Source of the DNA: Octopus bimaculoides
Lineage: Eukaryota
Direction of reading: 5' to 3'
Assembly: GCF_001194135.2 (NCBI RefSeq)
Contig: NC_068987.1
Coordinates: 3,353,712 to 3,417,711 of the forward strand
Length of the DNA: 64,000 nucleotides
Each line of letters starts with the position of its first letter. The first letter of the stretch is position 1. A program made the position numbers and the translations under genes. This document shows positions 25,618 through 39,134 of the stretch, in pieces. Below the pieces are notes generated by a model. The model was given only the letters and a program-made list of their open reading frames with translations, ran no database searches and had not been told where the DNA came from.

Positions 25618-28600
25618 TGATACGCTGTGCTTGAGAAGACTTGTCAAGCTAAGTGAAATCATAGTCGTGGCTGATGTTGGTGTCACATAACTGGCACCAA
25701 TGCTAGTGGCACGTAAAAGGCACCTTTCGAGCATTGGGCCTCATGGAGGCAAAGTGGCCGGTGGCACATGAAAAGCACTTTCGAGTGTTGGGCCTCATAG
25801 AGGCAATGATGAATGACCGAGACCTTTGGCATTATGTTGTGCTTGAGAAGAAGACCCATCAAGCCAAGTAAAACTGTAGTCATGGCAGATACTGGTGTCA
25901 CACAAATGGCACCCATGCTGGTGGCACATAAAAGCACCCATTACACTCTCGGAGTGGTTGGCGTTAGGAAGGGCATCCAGCCATAGAAAACCATGCCAAA
26001 TCAGATTGGAGTCTGGTGCAGCCCTCCAGCTGCCCAGCCCTGGTTACACTGTCCAACTCATGCTAGCATGGACAGCGGACATTAAATGATGATGATGATG
26101 ATGGTATGGGTTTGGAAAACTGCTGCTTCTTTACAACTCCTCCTCCTCCTACAACTGCTTTCCAAGTTTCTCTTTCTACATCAATGTAATTACGTCTCCA
26201 TGTGTGTATGTGTGTTTCTTCTGGTTCTTGACATTATAAGTTCAAATGCTGTCAAGGTCAGCTTTGTCTTTCATCCTTTCAGGGTGGATGAAAAAAGTAC
26301 CAGTTGAATACTGGAGTTGGTATAATTATCTTACCCCTCCCCTCAAAATTGCTGGCTTTTTGCCCAAGTTAAAAAGAATTACACACACACACACACAGTC
26401 CATTAAATGCAATAGAAGTAAAATTAAGTTAAAATAGCCATCTGTGTATCATAGTTGATGAGATGTGAATGTACTGTATTTAAAAATACTGCTTGTCATA
26501 AGAGATATTATCTCTTGATGAATACAGCAGTCAATTTGCCTTTCAATGATGATGTATTTACATTAACTATGATACATAGATGGCTATATGTGTGTATGTT
26601 AGGTTCCATAAACTTCAAACAGAAGGGTTTTGAGCCTTTTTGTTTTTGTATCACAAAATATACAAAATCAATATGCACTACACACACCCATGCATGCACA
26701 CTCATACACACTGACACACACACACATGTGTGTGTGTGTGTGTGTATGTATAAGTAATTACTTTGCTGGAATCAATTCATGACAATGTTCTCTTATCAAA
26801 GTAAATAGAAAACTAATGTGTTTTCTGTTGAAACATTTCCAATTGACAGTGAGGGAGTTGTGATTGAGAGGAGAAGGGAGAGGACTTGAAACAGAAAGAT
26901 ACAGAAAGAGGGAAAAAGAAGACAAACTACAACAGACAATCGTCAATTAATTACTGAGTGAGAGAAAGAAGAAAAAGAGAGAAATGAAGTTAAGAGAAAC
27001 TGCATTGGCAACAGCCAGCATAATAGAGAGAAACAGAAACATTAATTTACTGCAAAAAGATTGTGCAGGCATAACGAAACCTTGGGCCACATCATCATCA
27101 TCATCATCATTGGACATCTGTTTTCCATGCTGGCATGCGTTGGATAGTTTGACAGGAGCTGGTAAACTGGGATACACCAGGTTCCATAGCCTGTTTTTGG
27201 CTTGGTTTCTACAGCTGGATGCCCTTCCTAATGCCAATCTCTTTACACAATGTACTGGATGCTTTTTATGAGCTAACAGCATGGGAGCTTTTTACATAGC
27301 CCCAGCACAAGAACTTTTTATATGGCACCAGCCCTGGTGCTTTTAACATGGTGCAGGCTTGGGTGCTCTTTATATGGCACCAGCACAAGTACTTTTTACG
27401 TACCCCCAGCACAGGTGCTTCCCCATCAATACTGAAGCCCTTTGCTCCTTATGGAGTGTAGGCCATCCACAACTTTTTTTTTATTGCTCTTGATTCTGGG
27501 CTGTCTCATATAAACAGATGAAGTGTAGGAAGAAAGAGAGAGAGAGAGAGAGACATGTCTGATGTCAAATAAGTCAGCATCAAATCAATAGTACCAAACA
27601 GGTGGTGCCAAAGCAGCCATGCCCAAATATCTTATATGAATACTGTTACACAAAATTTAGTCTGATGAAAGTTTTAGCTTCTGTAACAGCAGAGCGTTTG
27701 TGTGAGAATAGTGCAAAAGCTGAGAAGATATTTTGTGTTGAGCCAAAATTTGAAATCAATATTTTGTTAATTTATTTGCTTTATTCATCCTTTAGTCATC
27801 CTTAACCATCTTTTTTCTCTGTCTGTCTTATCTTCAACATCCCTATGAAATTGCCCATGCATTCTTTTCTTTATCCACCTATATTCAGTTTCATTCATTC
27901 TCAAGTCCTTGTACAGTGCTTTATCATTGCAATCTTCCATCCTACACAAGCCTGACATTCTTACTTCCAATAATAACAGTTCTGTGGCATTTTTTACATA
28001 CCATGCTATGTTGTTTTCTTCTGTGTTCTCATCCAATCGGTGGGTAGGGTATTCGGCTCATGATCATATGTGTTCTCATCCAATCAGTCCTCTTGCCCCT
28101 CTTTTTCTTGGTGCATACAGTCTGTCTGTGTCACTTTTTGGGTGGAGTATCCCATATCTAGTCAGCAACTTCCTTGTCTTTCTGTCTAAGCTGTTTAGTT
28201 CGTTTACTATCCATGCGATTACCCATGCTCCATATCTAAGGAGTGAAACTGCCCAGGTGTTGATAGCGTCAATCTTATTCCGTCCGTTTAATTTCGACTT
28301 AAGGATCAGTCTCGGTCTGCGCAAGTACTCCACCTTAAATTTTTCTGTCATTTCTTTCTCCATCAATTTATCCATTTTCAATATCCCCAAGTACTTATAG
28401 CCCGTCTCTTCTATCTGCTTCATAACCTCTCCCGACAGTATCGCTAGCCTGTCCATACAAATGGTCTTGCCATATTATTATCATTATTATCATCATCATC
28501 ATCATCATCATCATTATTATTATTTTCTTTTCAAGCTGATGTTATACAATGAAATCATTCAGCAGTGTTATTCTGGCCATTATTATATCCTTCCCTTGGG

Positions 28601-31600
28601 AATGAGGGCACTGGAAAAACTTAGACGCCTTATTGATGAAGAAATGGAAGCAACAGGTGCTCAGAAGATGGTCATGCCATCTATGGTGCCAGCAAGTTTA
28701 TGGAAAACATCAGGTAATTGCAATTTCTTTTCCATTCTGTTTCCTCTTACTGTAAATTTAAAAACTTGTACCAAAATTGATCAAACAGATGCTCTGAGGT
28801 GCATCATCAGTGATGTTTCTAGGGCCTCAAAGGATTTCAGGTCTTTAGACATCAGACCCTCTCACCCAGTTGATTCAACCACGGTTGATTAAGCCCTGGT
28901 TTGCATCACAATTACAGCTAACTACCGGTCAGCCCTCTTTATCCGAAGCTGCTCAATGGCCCTCACTGCAGTTTTAGTGAGAGAATCTGTAGCCCTTTTC
29001 TTTGCTACACCAGTAATTCCAAGTCTAGCCAGAGCTTCACAGAATGAACACACCACTGAACCCAGACAGCCCTCTTCATTTACACTTTAAAGCAGTGGTT
29101 CTCGACCATTTTGTTATCTGTGGACTTCTTTGATAATTATTTTATTTTAGTGGGCCCCCATAGCCATCTAATTTTTAAAAACTAGCTTTATAGATACTTC
29201 TTTCAAAATTTCTATTTTGATTGTCACACATTAATTTGTGTAGGTTAGGTGACCTTTGGTGATATACCATGCTTGTGTTGACTTGTCAAGCCAAGTAAGA
29301 CTGTAGTTGTGGCTGATGCCGGTGTCAGGTCAATAGCACTCGTGTCAATGACATGTAAAAAGCACCCACTACACTCTTGGAGTGGTAGGTGTTAGGATGG
29401 GCATCCAGCCATAGAAACTTTGCCCGATCAGACTGGAACCTGGTGCAGCTCCCCAGCTTACCAGTTCTCGGTCAAACCATCCAACCCATACCAGCGTGGA
29501 AAGCGGACGTTAAAGGATGATGATGATGATGATGATCATCATCATCATCATCATCATCTGATAATCTGCTCCATACCATGATACTGTGGTATTTGAAACA
29601 CAATATTTACATATTGTTATGTATTCATCATGCTTCATTATTCATATTTGAAGGATATGCTAATAAAATGTTACTTGAATTCATAATTTTCCATCTGATA
29701 AATTTTTATCAAATATTTAGGCCGATGGAGTCTGAAGGAAGTTTTTAAACTCAGTGATAGACATCACCAAGATATGTGCCTGTCTCCTGTAAGTGTGAAA
29801 AATTCATTTCTTTTATACCTTTGTCTAAATAATGCTAACCCCCTAATATCTTTTCACTTTGACTGTCATTTAAAATTATCAGGCTTGCAACTTTAAATTT
29901 TCCTTTATTTTTCTGCTGATTTGATAATCATACCAACAGACCTGCTCTGCCCTTTCCCTTGCTTTTCAAATGCCTTAATCCCTCATCCTCTAGCATAAAA
30001 CTGACCCTTCTGCTGAGCTTGTGGTCCTGCAATCTTCATAGTAACCTCACTAGTGTTGGTGACATGGAAAATAAGACACCCAATACACTTTATAAAGTGG
30101 TTGACATTAGGAAAGGCATCCAGCCATAGAAACCATGCCACAGCAGGCAATGGATCACAATGATAGTGGTGATGATTCAACATGTCACACGATGTAACAA
30201 AGCTAATCCTTTGAATTAGAGATACAACACATTTTGTCAGCTGAGTCGATTAGAGCAACATGAAATAAAGTGTCTTGTTCAAGGATACAGTGCACTGCCA
30301 GGAATTGAACTCATGACATTATGAATGTGTGCCATGTACCTTAACCACTAAGCCACACACCTTCACTATCACCCATTGTGTGTCAGATGGCCTCCAACAA
30401 TTACTAGGACTCAGTAAGGGAGCCTCTATGTGGTTACTTGACTTTTAGAAATAGCAGCCTAATCTCCTGTACATTGCACCCTAATCATCTTAAACAAAGC
30501 AGGTACACATTAATGTAGTTGTAGTAGTACCACCCCATATTCTTAAAGAAATACAAGGAATGGTCATGAATGGAATGGTTTTGTCCATAGATCTACTTCA
30601 TCACATCTGACCAAGTGTTAAACAACGAAACAAGAATATTCGTTTCTGCTCTCGGTATAAGGCCTAAAATTTTTGGGGAGGGGGCCAGTTGATTAGATCG
30701 ACTGCAATACGCAACTGGTACTTCATTTATTGACCTCGAGAGGATGAAAGGCAAAGTTGACCTTGGTGGAATTTGAACTCAGAACGTAAAGGCAGACGAA
30801 ATACTGCTAAGCATTTCGCCTGGTGTGCTAATGGTTCCGCCAGCTCGCCACTTTAACAAAATACGAATATTAAATACACCATGAAATTCCTTTACTTTGA
30901 GAGACTAAAAATGTACTTCAACAATTGAAGATTCAGTGATGTGGAAAAGAAGTTATCTCCCTTCTGCATCACTGGTCCAATAGAATTAACATCTTGTGAC
31001 TTGAACGTAAAGATCAGCAATGGTTCCATTGTTAAAGATGAATTGTTTCTTTTGCATTTGTTTGCTACATTAAACAGACTTCTTTTTTTATGTGACATTT
31101 ATGTTTTTATTCTTGCTTCTTACATTTTTTTTTTCTTGATAGACTCATGAAGAAGTTGTCACATCACTCTTTGGTCAGTATTCACCATTTTCCATGAAGC
31201 AGTTTCCCATCATGCTTTACCAGGTTAGTAATACATGCACACACACATGCATACATACATTGTATGTACGTATGCATGTATGTCATTATTCAGTTTATTT
31301 CAAGATTTCTTGCCAATAGAGAAAGCAATGGTTTCTAACCTAGATCCAAGCCTCCTTCATTAGAATTTCAACATCGAAGAATTGAATTAATTTATAAATG
31401 AGGTAAATAACATTTTAGAACCTTAAAAAAAAAATTAATATATTAAAGGGCATATATTACAGGTTTTGGTTAGTGTTTGTTATAATGTAAGGTGCGACCA
31501 TCTTACGTCAGTATTGTTTGGCAGGAGAAATGGTTCAACTTCTTCGTCACGCCTAGCCTACATAGGTTTTCCTTTCTGTGCTGCTGGGTGTAGTCTATTT

Positions 31601-32474
31601 ACGGCCGTAAATGTCTCAGAGATGTTGACTTCTGCCACAACAGTTTTGGGGGGCTTTTTATAATGTTGAATTTTCACTGTCTTTCATTGTGTGTGTATTC
31701 ATGTATATGAGTGTATTTTCAATGTGTGTGCGTGATACGTAGTCTTTTAATATACGGAGTTCAGTAAGTCTCAGAACAGTCTGCTTGAGTATCGATAATT
31801 TTCCCAGAATTGACAAGTAGCATGATAAAACACCTGACTTGTCTTCCAGAGCGTAACGATCTAAAACCATGGCCATGTAATGTAACTAAATGTANNNNNN
31901 NNNNNNNNNNNNNNNNNNNNNNNNNNNNNNNNNNNNNNNNNNNNNNNNNNNNNNNNNNNNNNNNNNNNNNNNNNNNNNNNNNNNNNNNNNNNNNNNNNNN
32001 NNNNNNNNNNNNNNNNNNNNNNNNNNNNNNNNNNNNNNNNNNNNNNNNNNNNNNNNNNNNNNNNNNNNNNNNNNNNNNNNNNNNNNNNNNNNNNNNNNNN
32101 NNNNNNNNNNNNNNNNNNNNNNNNNNNNGAATCCAATTTCATCTTTATTACATTTCACTTATGATTTTTAGACTTTTTAAGGGAGAGTGAGGATGGGAAA
32201 GTACTGATGTTTCGAAGAGAGAGAAAAATACAAACAATACACTTATTTCAGGCTCATCGCTACAGAGCCATTTTTTATTCCCTGCTTATTCTAGGTCATA
32301 CGGGTGTGATTGCATATTCAGAATCTCCCCTATGTAAATTGTAGGAATACGAAAATTTATTTACTGAAAAATTGCCCTGGGGGGGGGAGAAATTCATTGC
32401 ATGCCCAACCCCGGAAGTCACCGCACGCCACTGGTGTATATACACATACATGCATATATATATATATATACACA

Positions 32475-32547
<73 letters not shown>

Positions 32548-32719
32548 CTATACATATATGTATGAGAAGCAAAAAATAAGATGACAGGTGGACTTCATCA
32601 GATAAAAGTCTGAGGGTGAGGCTGTTAGCTTGATTTTCTTTGATATAATCTTGAAAAGCATGAAATATGCCAGACTGCAAAATGTGTATATGTATATAAA
32701 GAATATGCATATAAAACAT

Positions 32720-32760
<41 letters not shown>

Positions 32761-35112
32761 AACCATGATGTCACTGAGAAGGGAATTTGAAGTGACCCTG
32801 GCACTCCTGTTCTCAGTGAAAAATAACAAGATATGGAAAAGAATTACAAGAAATTTTAAATGAGGAATGTGAACATGTAGAAACATTATGCAAACGAAAT
32901 GCATATCGTTGTTAAAGCAGCTAAAAATAAGGAAGTACATCCATAAAGGGTAGGTCATGAGATTATAAAAGTTGAAGCATGACCTTCAAACACTAGGCCT
33001 CATCGAGGCAATGACTAGTCACCGAGACCTTTGGTGACTTCAAATCCCATGGTTAGCTATGCTTTTCATCCTCTTGTGGGGTTGATAAAATGAAGAACCA
33101 ACCAAGTACATATGAGAATTTAATCATCTATTATTATCTCCCCAAACATTTGTCATCTTGTAACAATCCAAAGTTAGGAATCAATATAATCATTTCCACT
33201 CTAGGTACAAGGCCCGAAATTTTGGGGGAGGAGTCCAGTTAATTAGATCAACCCCAGCATGCAACTGGTACTTAATTTATTGACTCCGAAAGGATGAAAG
33301 GCAAAGTCAACCTCGGCAGAATTTGAACTAAGAACATAAAGACAGATGAAATACCGCTAAGCATTTCGCCCGGCATGCTAACATTTCTGCCAGCTCACAG
33401 CCTTTCAATATAATTAAATAATTATTTTACTGTTGTTGTAGATGGGCCCAAAATTCCGAGATGAAATTTCACCAAAATATGCATTATTGAGATGTAGAGA
33501 ATTTGAAATGAAAGGTCTGTGGTTTGTAATTTTATTTTTAATATTATATTTGTTTCTTTTTATTTATTCTAAGCAATGAAATAGGTTTTAGCATTTCCTA
33601 TCTTTTTTTTTTTATTTCTTACGTGATTACTTCTTATTTGTTCATTATTTTCACGAGTTTATATTTGGTACAATTGATGTAAATTAAAACCACCTTTCTT
33701 CATCAGCTTACTATTTCTTCAACAACATCCAACAAATATGAGAAGATACAAGAAGCAATATAATTTGTCTGATACTAGGTTAAAATTATAATTTGGGAAA
33801 ATGTTTTTACTGATGTTTCTGTAGAAAGTAGCTCAATGAAGTGCATGAGAGAGACAGAGAGAGAGAGAAAAGACAAACAGAGAACTCTATTTCGCAATGT
33901 TAAAAATGATCTCTTGCAGTGGATTATAATTAGTTTTATGTAGTTGAAATTTTCAATAATAAAATACATTTAAACCACATTTTGATAAAAATATATTAAA
34001 ATCAGAATTTTAAAGAAGTTTTTAGACAATGTACACTTTAGTAGTTGCTTTCTTTTAGAAGTTACATAATCAAAACTAATAAATAAGCAGCTTTTTTTCA
34101 TTATAATATAAACGACATGTAAATGAATTATTTAGTTGAATGATGCTCTGTCCTCTGCTAGGTCTCCATAGAAAACACGTTTGCCTTTACCAGATAATGT
34201 TATATTTAATGCAAAAATTCTTGTGTATTAATAGTGTGTATGACTAATATAGAGTAATAAGGCACTTATCTTAAATTTTCAGTTTCAATTTTTTTTTTTT
34301 TATCCTTAAAAATTGTTTTCTGTTTCAATTTTCAGACCTTTACACATTTGATTGTTCAGAGGTTTCTGCATTAGAAACATATGAAAAAATTTGTGAAGCA
34401 TATTGTCGCATTTTTAATCGTCTTAAATTACCATTTATAAAAGGTTGGTATTAACTACTGTTATGAAAAAGTTTTTTTTTAAATTTTTATTTTTATTGCT
34501 TAACATGGCTTAATTAAAATACCATCAACATTTGTGTTTTAGTAATAATTTTCATGTTGAAAAATAAGTAGGGGGCAAAGTGGCTGAGTTTCTTTCAAAT
34601 GTTGAGCCTCATGGAGGCAAAGTGGCTGAGTTCCTTTTAAGTGTTGGGCCTCAGAGAGGCAATAACAAAGACCTTTGGCCTTATGCCATGCTTGAGAAGA
34701 AGACCCATGAAGCCAAGCATAATCCCAGTCATGGCAGATACTGGTGTCACACAAATTGGCATCCATGCTGCTGGCACGTAAACGCACCCTGGTATTCTAC
34801 TAGTGGCACCCATGCTGGTGGCATGCAAAAACACCCTTACACTCTCAGAATGGTTGGCATTGGGAAGAGTATCCAGCTGTAGTAAAAACCATGCCAAATG
34901 AGACTGAAGTCTGGTGCAGCCTTCCAGCATGCCAGCCCAGTTGAACCATCCAACTCATGCCAGCATGGACAACGGACATTAAATGATGATGATGTAATAT
35001 TTCCCCATGGTCAGACATGATTTCAAGGAAAATTGGAAACAAATCACCTCACTAGCATGGTGATGGTACTCGTTTACAACCATTGCATAATGATTAGACA
35101 AAGGTACACACA

Positions 35113-35155
<43 letters not shown>

Positions 35156-36051
35156 TTTGTTTTACTTTTAAGGAAATATTTTTCCAAAATATAAACCTCA
35201 CTCTTAACTTAGATATTTGGCTTTCAAATATTTTGAGCAGGAATCAATCTTTTGCTAAGAAGTGATCATTAAACTGATTCTATTATCAGAGAATAAATAT
35301 TCTGTTATAATTTAGAGATTGTAAACTAATCTTTGGTAAACTTTCATCCATTTTATTCCTACAGTTGAAGCAGACACTGGAGATATTGGTGGAAAAAAAT
35401 CTCATGAATTTCATTTACCGTCTTCTGTTGGGGAAGATTATCTGCTTATTTGTGAAAGGTATTTGGAAATTTTAATTCTGTTTTTTTTTTCATATTCCTT
35501 ATTGGTCAGCCAAGGGGCTGCACCAGGCTCCAATCTGATCTGGCAAAGTTTCTACAGCTGGATGTCCTTCCTAACACCAACCACTCTGAGAGTGTAGTGA
35601 GTGCATTTTACATGGGAGCCAGTCGAGGGGCACTGGCATTGACCATGTTTGGATGGTGCCTTTTACGTGTCACTGGCACAGGAGCCAGTCAGAGGGTACT
35701 GGCATTGACCACATTCAAATGGTGCATTTTATGTGCCACCAGCCCGGGAGCCAGTCAGAGGGCACTAGCATCGACCGCGTTTGCATATAGAACTAAAAGT
35801 CTGTATTAGATTTTAACGAGCAGGGGTTGATGAGTGTTTATTATTATGAGTTTATTCTTTTACTTGTTGTAGTCATTTGACTGCAGCCATGCTGGAGCAT
35901 CACCTTTAGTCAAACAAATTGACCCCAGGACTTATTCTTTGTAAGACTAGTACTCATTTTATCGGTTTCTTTTGCCAAACCGCTAACTTACAGGGACATA
36001 AACACACCAACGTCGGTTGTCAAGCGATGATGGAAGGACAAACACAGACAT

Positions 36052-36092
<41 letters not shown>

Positions 36093-36710
36093 CACAATAT
36101 ATATATATGTGACGGGCTTCTTTCAGTTTCCATCTACCAAATCCACTCATAAGTGTTTGGTTGGCCTAAGACTATAGTAGAAGACACTAGCCCAAGGTGC
36201 CATGCACTGGGACTGAACCTAGAGCCATGTGGTTGGGAAGCAAGCTTCTTACCACACAACCACTCCTGTTCCTAGTTATTCACGAATTCTACTTGACTTT
36301 CTTCTTTTCTAGTTGTAAATATGGAAGAAATATAGAACTTGTCGGTAAGTAAGAATGAATTTTTACAACTGTATTTGCTCTCTACTTGGCAGATTTCTCT
36401 CAAACAAACTACTGCCACTAACATAATCGCACATTTGTATATACATTATGTTATACTGTGTATATACACCAGTATTTTAATATAATGTTTTAAGTGCATA
36501 TTCAAATGTGCAAATCAGTAAATTTCTATATCAGACCAACCATTTTCAGCTTAGCTCAAAATGCTGAAGGTATTCACTGAGGAGACCAAATCAGTTTGAA
36601 ACATTGTGTCTGGTGGTCTACAAGGATTCTAAGTGAAGCTCTTTGTTAAAAAACACAGAAGTCTCTTTGAGAAGTTTCTCTGAGGCAACTGTTGTACACA
36701 CTAGTATGCT

Positions 36711-36768
<58 letters not shown>

Positions 36769-39103
36769 TGCATGCATGTATGTATGCATGTATGTATGTA
36801 TGTATGTATGTACGTACACACTCACACACATTTAACATCTGTTTTCCATCCTGGCATGGGTTGGATGGTTATACAAGATCTGGTGAGCCATAGGGTTGCA
36901 TCAAGCTCCATGAGGCTCCAGCAGAGGGGTGGTGGCAAACCCTGCTGTATTCTTCCACCACAACTTTCTCTCACTCTATCTTCCTGTTTCTGTTGTGCCT
37001 GCTTTGTTACACTCTGTGTCACGCTGAATCTCCCCGAGAACTACGTTAAGGGTACACGTGTCTGTGGAGTACTCAGCCACTTACACATTAATTTCACAAG
37101 CAGGCTGTTCCGTTGGTCAGATCAACTGGAACCCTCGTCGTCGTAACCGACAGAGTGCCACAATACACACACACACACACACATTCAATCAAAGTCAGAC
37201 ACCAATTTTTAAATTGAAATATTGAGATTTTGTCAACGACTATAAAAGCAGCATAGTATTTCTGTACAAATGGCCATTTCTTATCNNNNNNNNNNNNNNN
37301 NNNNNNNNNNNNNNNNNNNNNNNNNNNNNNNNNNNNNNNNNNNNNNNNNNNNNNNNNNNNNNNNNNNNNNNNNNNNNNNNNNNNNNNNNNNNNNNNNNNN
37401 NNNNNNNNNNNNNNNNNNNNNNNNNNNNNNNNNNNNNNNNNNNNNNNNNNNNNNNNNNNNNNNNNNNNNNNNNNNNNNNNNNNNNNNNNNNNNNCCAAAG
37501 GTCTCGGTCCGTAGTCATCGCCTCGGTGAGGCCCAATGTACGAAGGTCTTGCCTCACCACCTCAGCCCAGGTCTTCCTGGGCCTACCTCTTCCACGGGTT
37601 CCCTCAACTGTTAGGGTGTGGCACTTTTTCACGCAGCTATCCTCCTCCATTCTCACCACATGTCCATACCAGCGCAATCGTCTCTCTTGCACGCCACAAC
37701 CGATGCTTCTAATGTTCAGCTTTTCTCTCAAGATACTTACACTCTGACGGGTTGCCCTGACATTATGTGACAGTTGCAAACAAATGTTTCAAAATGAAAC
37801 AAAACTAACAGTAAGATGGAAAATAATACTTATTTTTGTATACTTCCACTCTGTTTATATTTGAAAAAATTTCTCCTACTTTTTTTTAATTACAAAGTCT
37901 TTGGTCAGAACTTCAATAGGACACCATAAACATTTTGAAATATTTTCAATCATATAAACCATTTTGAATATTATTTTAGCAGGTTTAAAGTGATTTCTTT
38001 TGTGCCGTAGACCATTTACCATTTCTGTGGTACCCCACCACTTCCCTTGATGCCCTAAGCATATACTTATCTTGCTTAATGATTAATCCAAAGATGTTGC
38101 CAATTCATACTTAGATACAGATGGGTTCCAATTGAATCCTCTGACATTTGAATTGAAGTGACAAGGGGCAATAACTGAGTAGTGCTTGCTAATTTATCAG
38201 GTTTTGTACATTTTAAAAATTTCCTTTTAAATTAATAACATTTCATTCAGTTTAAAGAAGTGTTTTTTTCTTTTCTTTCCCACATTTCTTTTTCAGGTTG
38301 GTCATTCCTTTTATCTTAGCCAAAAGTATTCATCTTTATTCAATGCAACATATGTCAACAATGATAATAAAATATGGTAATTACATAATTTATATTTATA
38401 TACATACATAAATAAATCAAAATCGCTGACGTGGCCAATAACAGTACTGCCTGATTGGCACTCGTGCCAGTGGAAAGTTAAGAGCACATCCGAGTGTGAT
38501 CGTTGCCAGGGCCACGGATTGGCTCCCGTGCCGGTAACACGTGAAAAGCACCATTCAAGCGTGATCGTTGCCAGTGTTGCCTTACTGGCACATGTGCTGG
38601 TGGCACGTGAAAAACAACATTTGAGTGTGGTCGTTGCCAGTGCCGCTGGACTGGCTCCTGTGCTAGTGTACTTCGAGATATCCCCACCATTACCACACAC
38701 AAAAAAGAAAAATACCAAAAGAATTAAATACTATATATGTAAAGTGATGGTTTGTTGCCAACTTAATGTGGAAGTCCCAGGAAAGGAAAGAATGCTACTG
38801 CTATTTAGCCCCAAGAAACATCGTTTCCAGTTGGCTATGTGACACAAGCGTTCTGTGTCCTTAAGTTTTCAAACAGGGGAGATAAGCACCTCCTCTCAGA
38901 AAAGCCAGCATTCAGAGACTAGTTTCAGAGTTATTGCTCTTCATCAGTCTGGAGTAGCCAACTGGAAACGATGTTTCCTGGGGCTAAATAGCAGTAGCAT
39001 TCTTCCCTTTCCTGGGACTGCCACATTAAGTTGACAACATACCATCACTTTATCGTGCTGCTACTGTATGAATCTCTCTGAGAGATTTAGAAATGCAATA
39101 TTT

Positions 39104-39134
<31 letters not shown>

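Noticed and set aside
27662-27690. CTGATGA-containing segments here and at ~28805 (minus) as hammerheads
   Set aside because: The GAAA half of the core is missing
31810-32190. ORFs spanning N-runs (also 14065, 17183, 37094, 39188, 50589, 53070)
   Set aside because: Artefacts of translating gaps
37762-37810. LCDSCKQMF...|gtaaga as the missing PARS2 CxxC exon
   Set aside because: Overlaps the RTE fragment end, lacks an acceptor and lacks the required GIE ending
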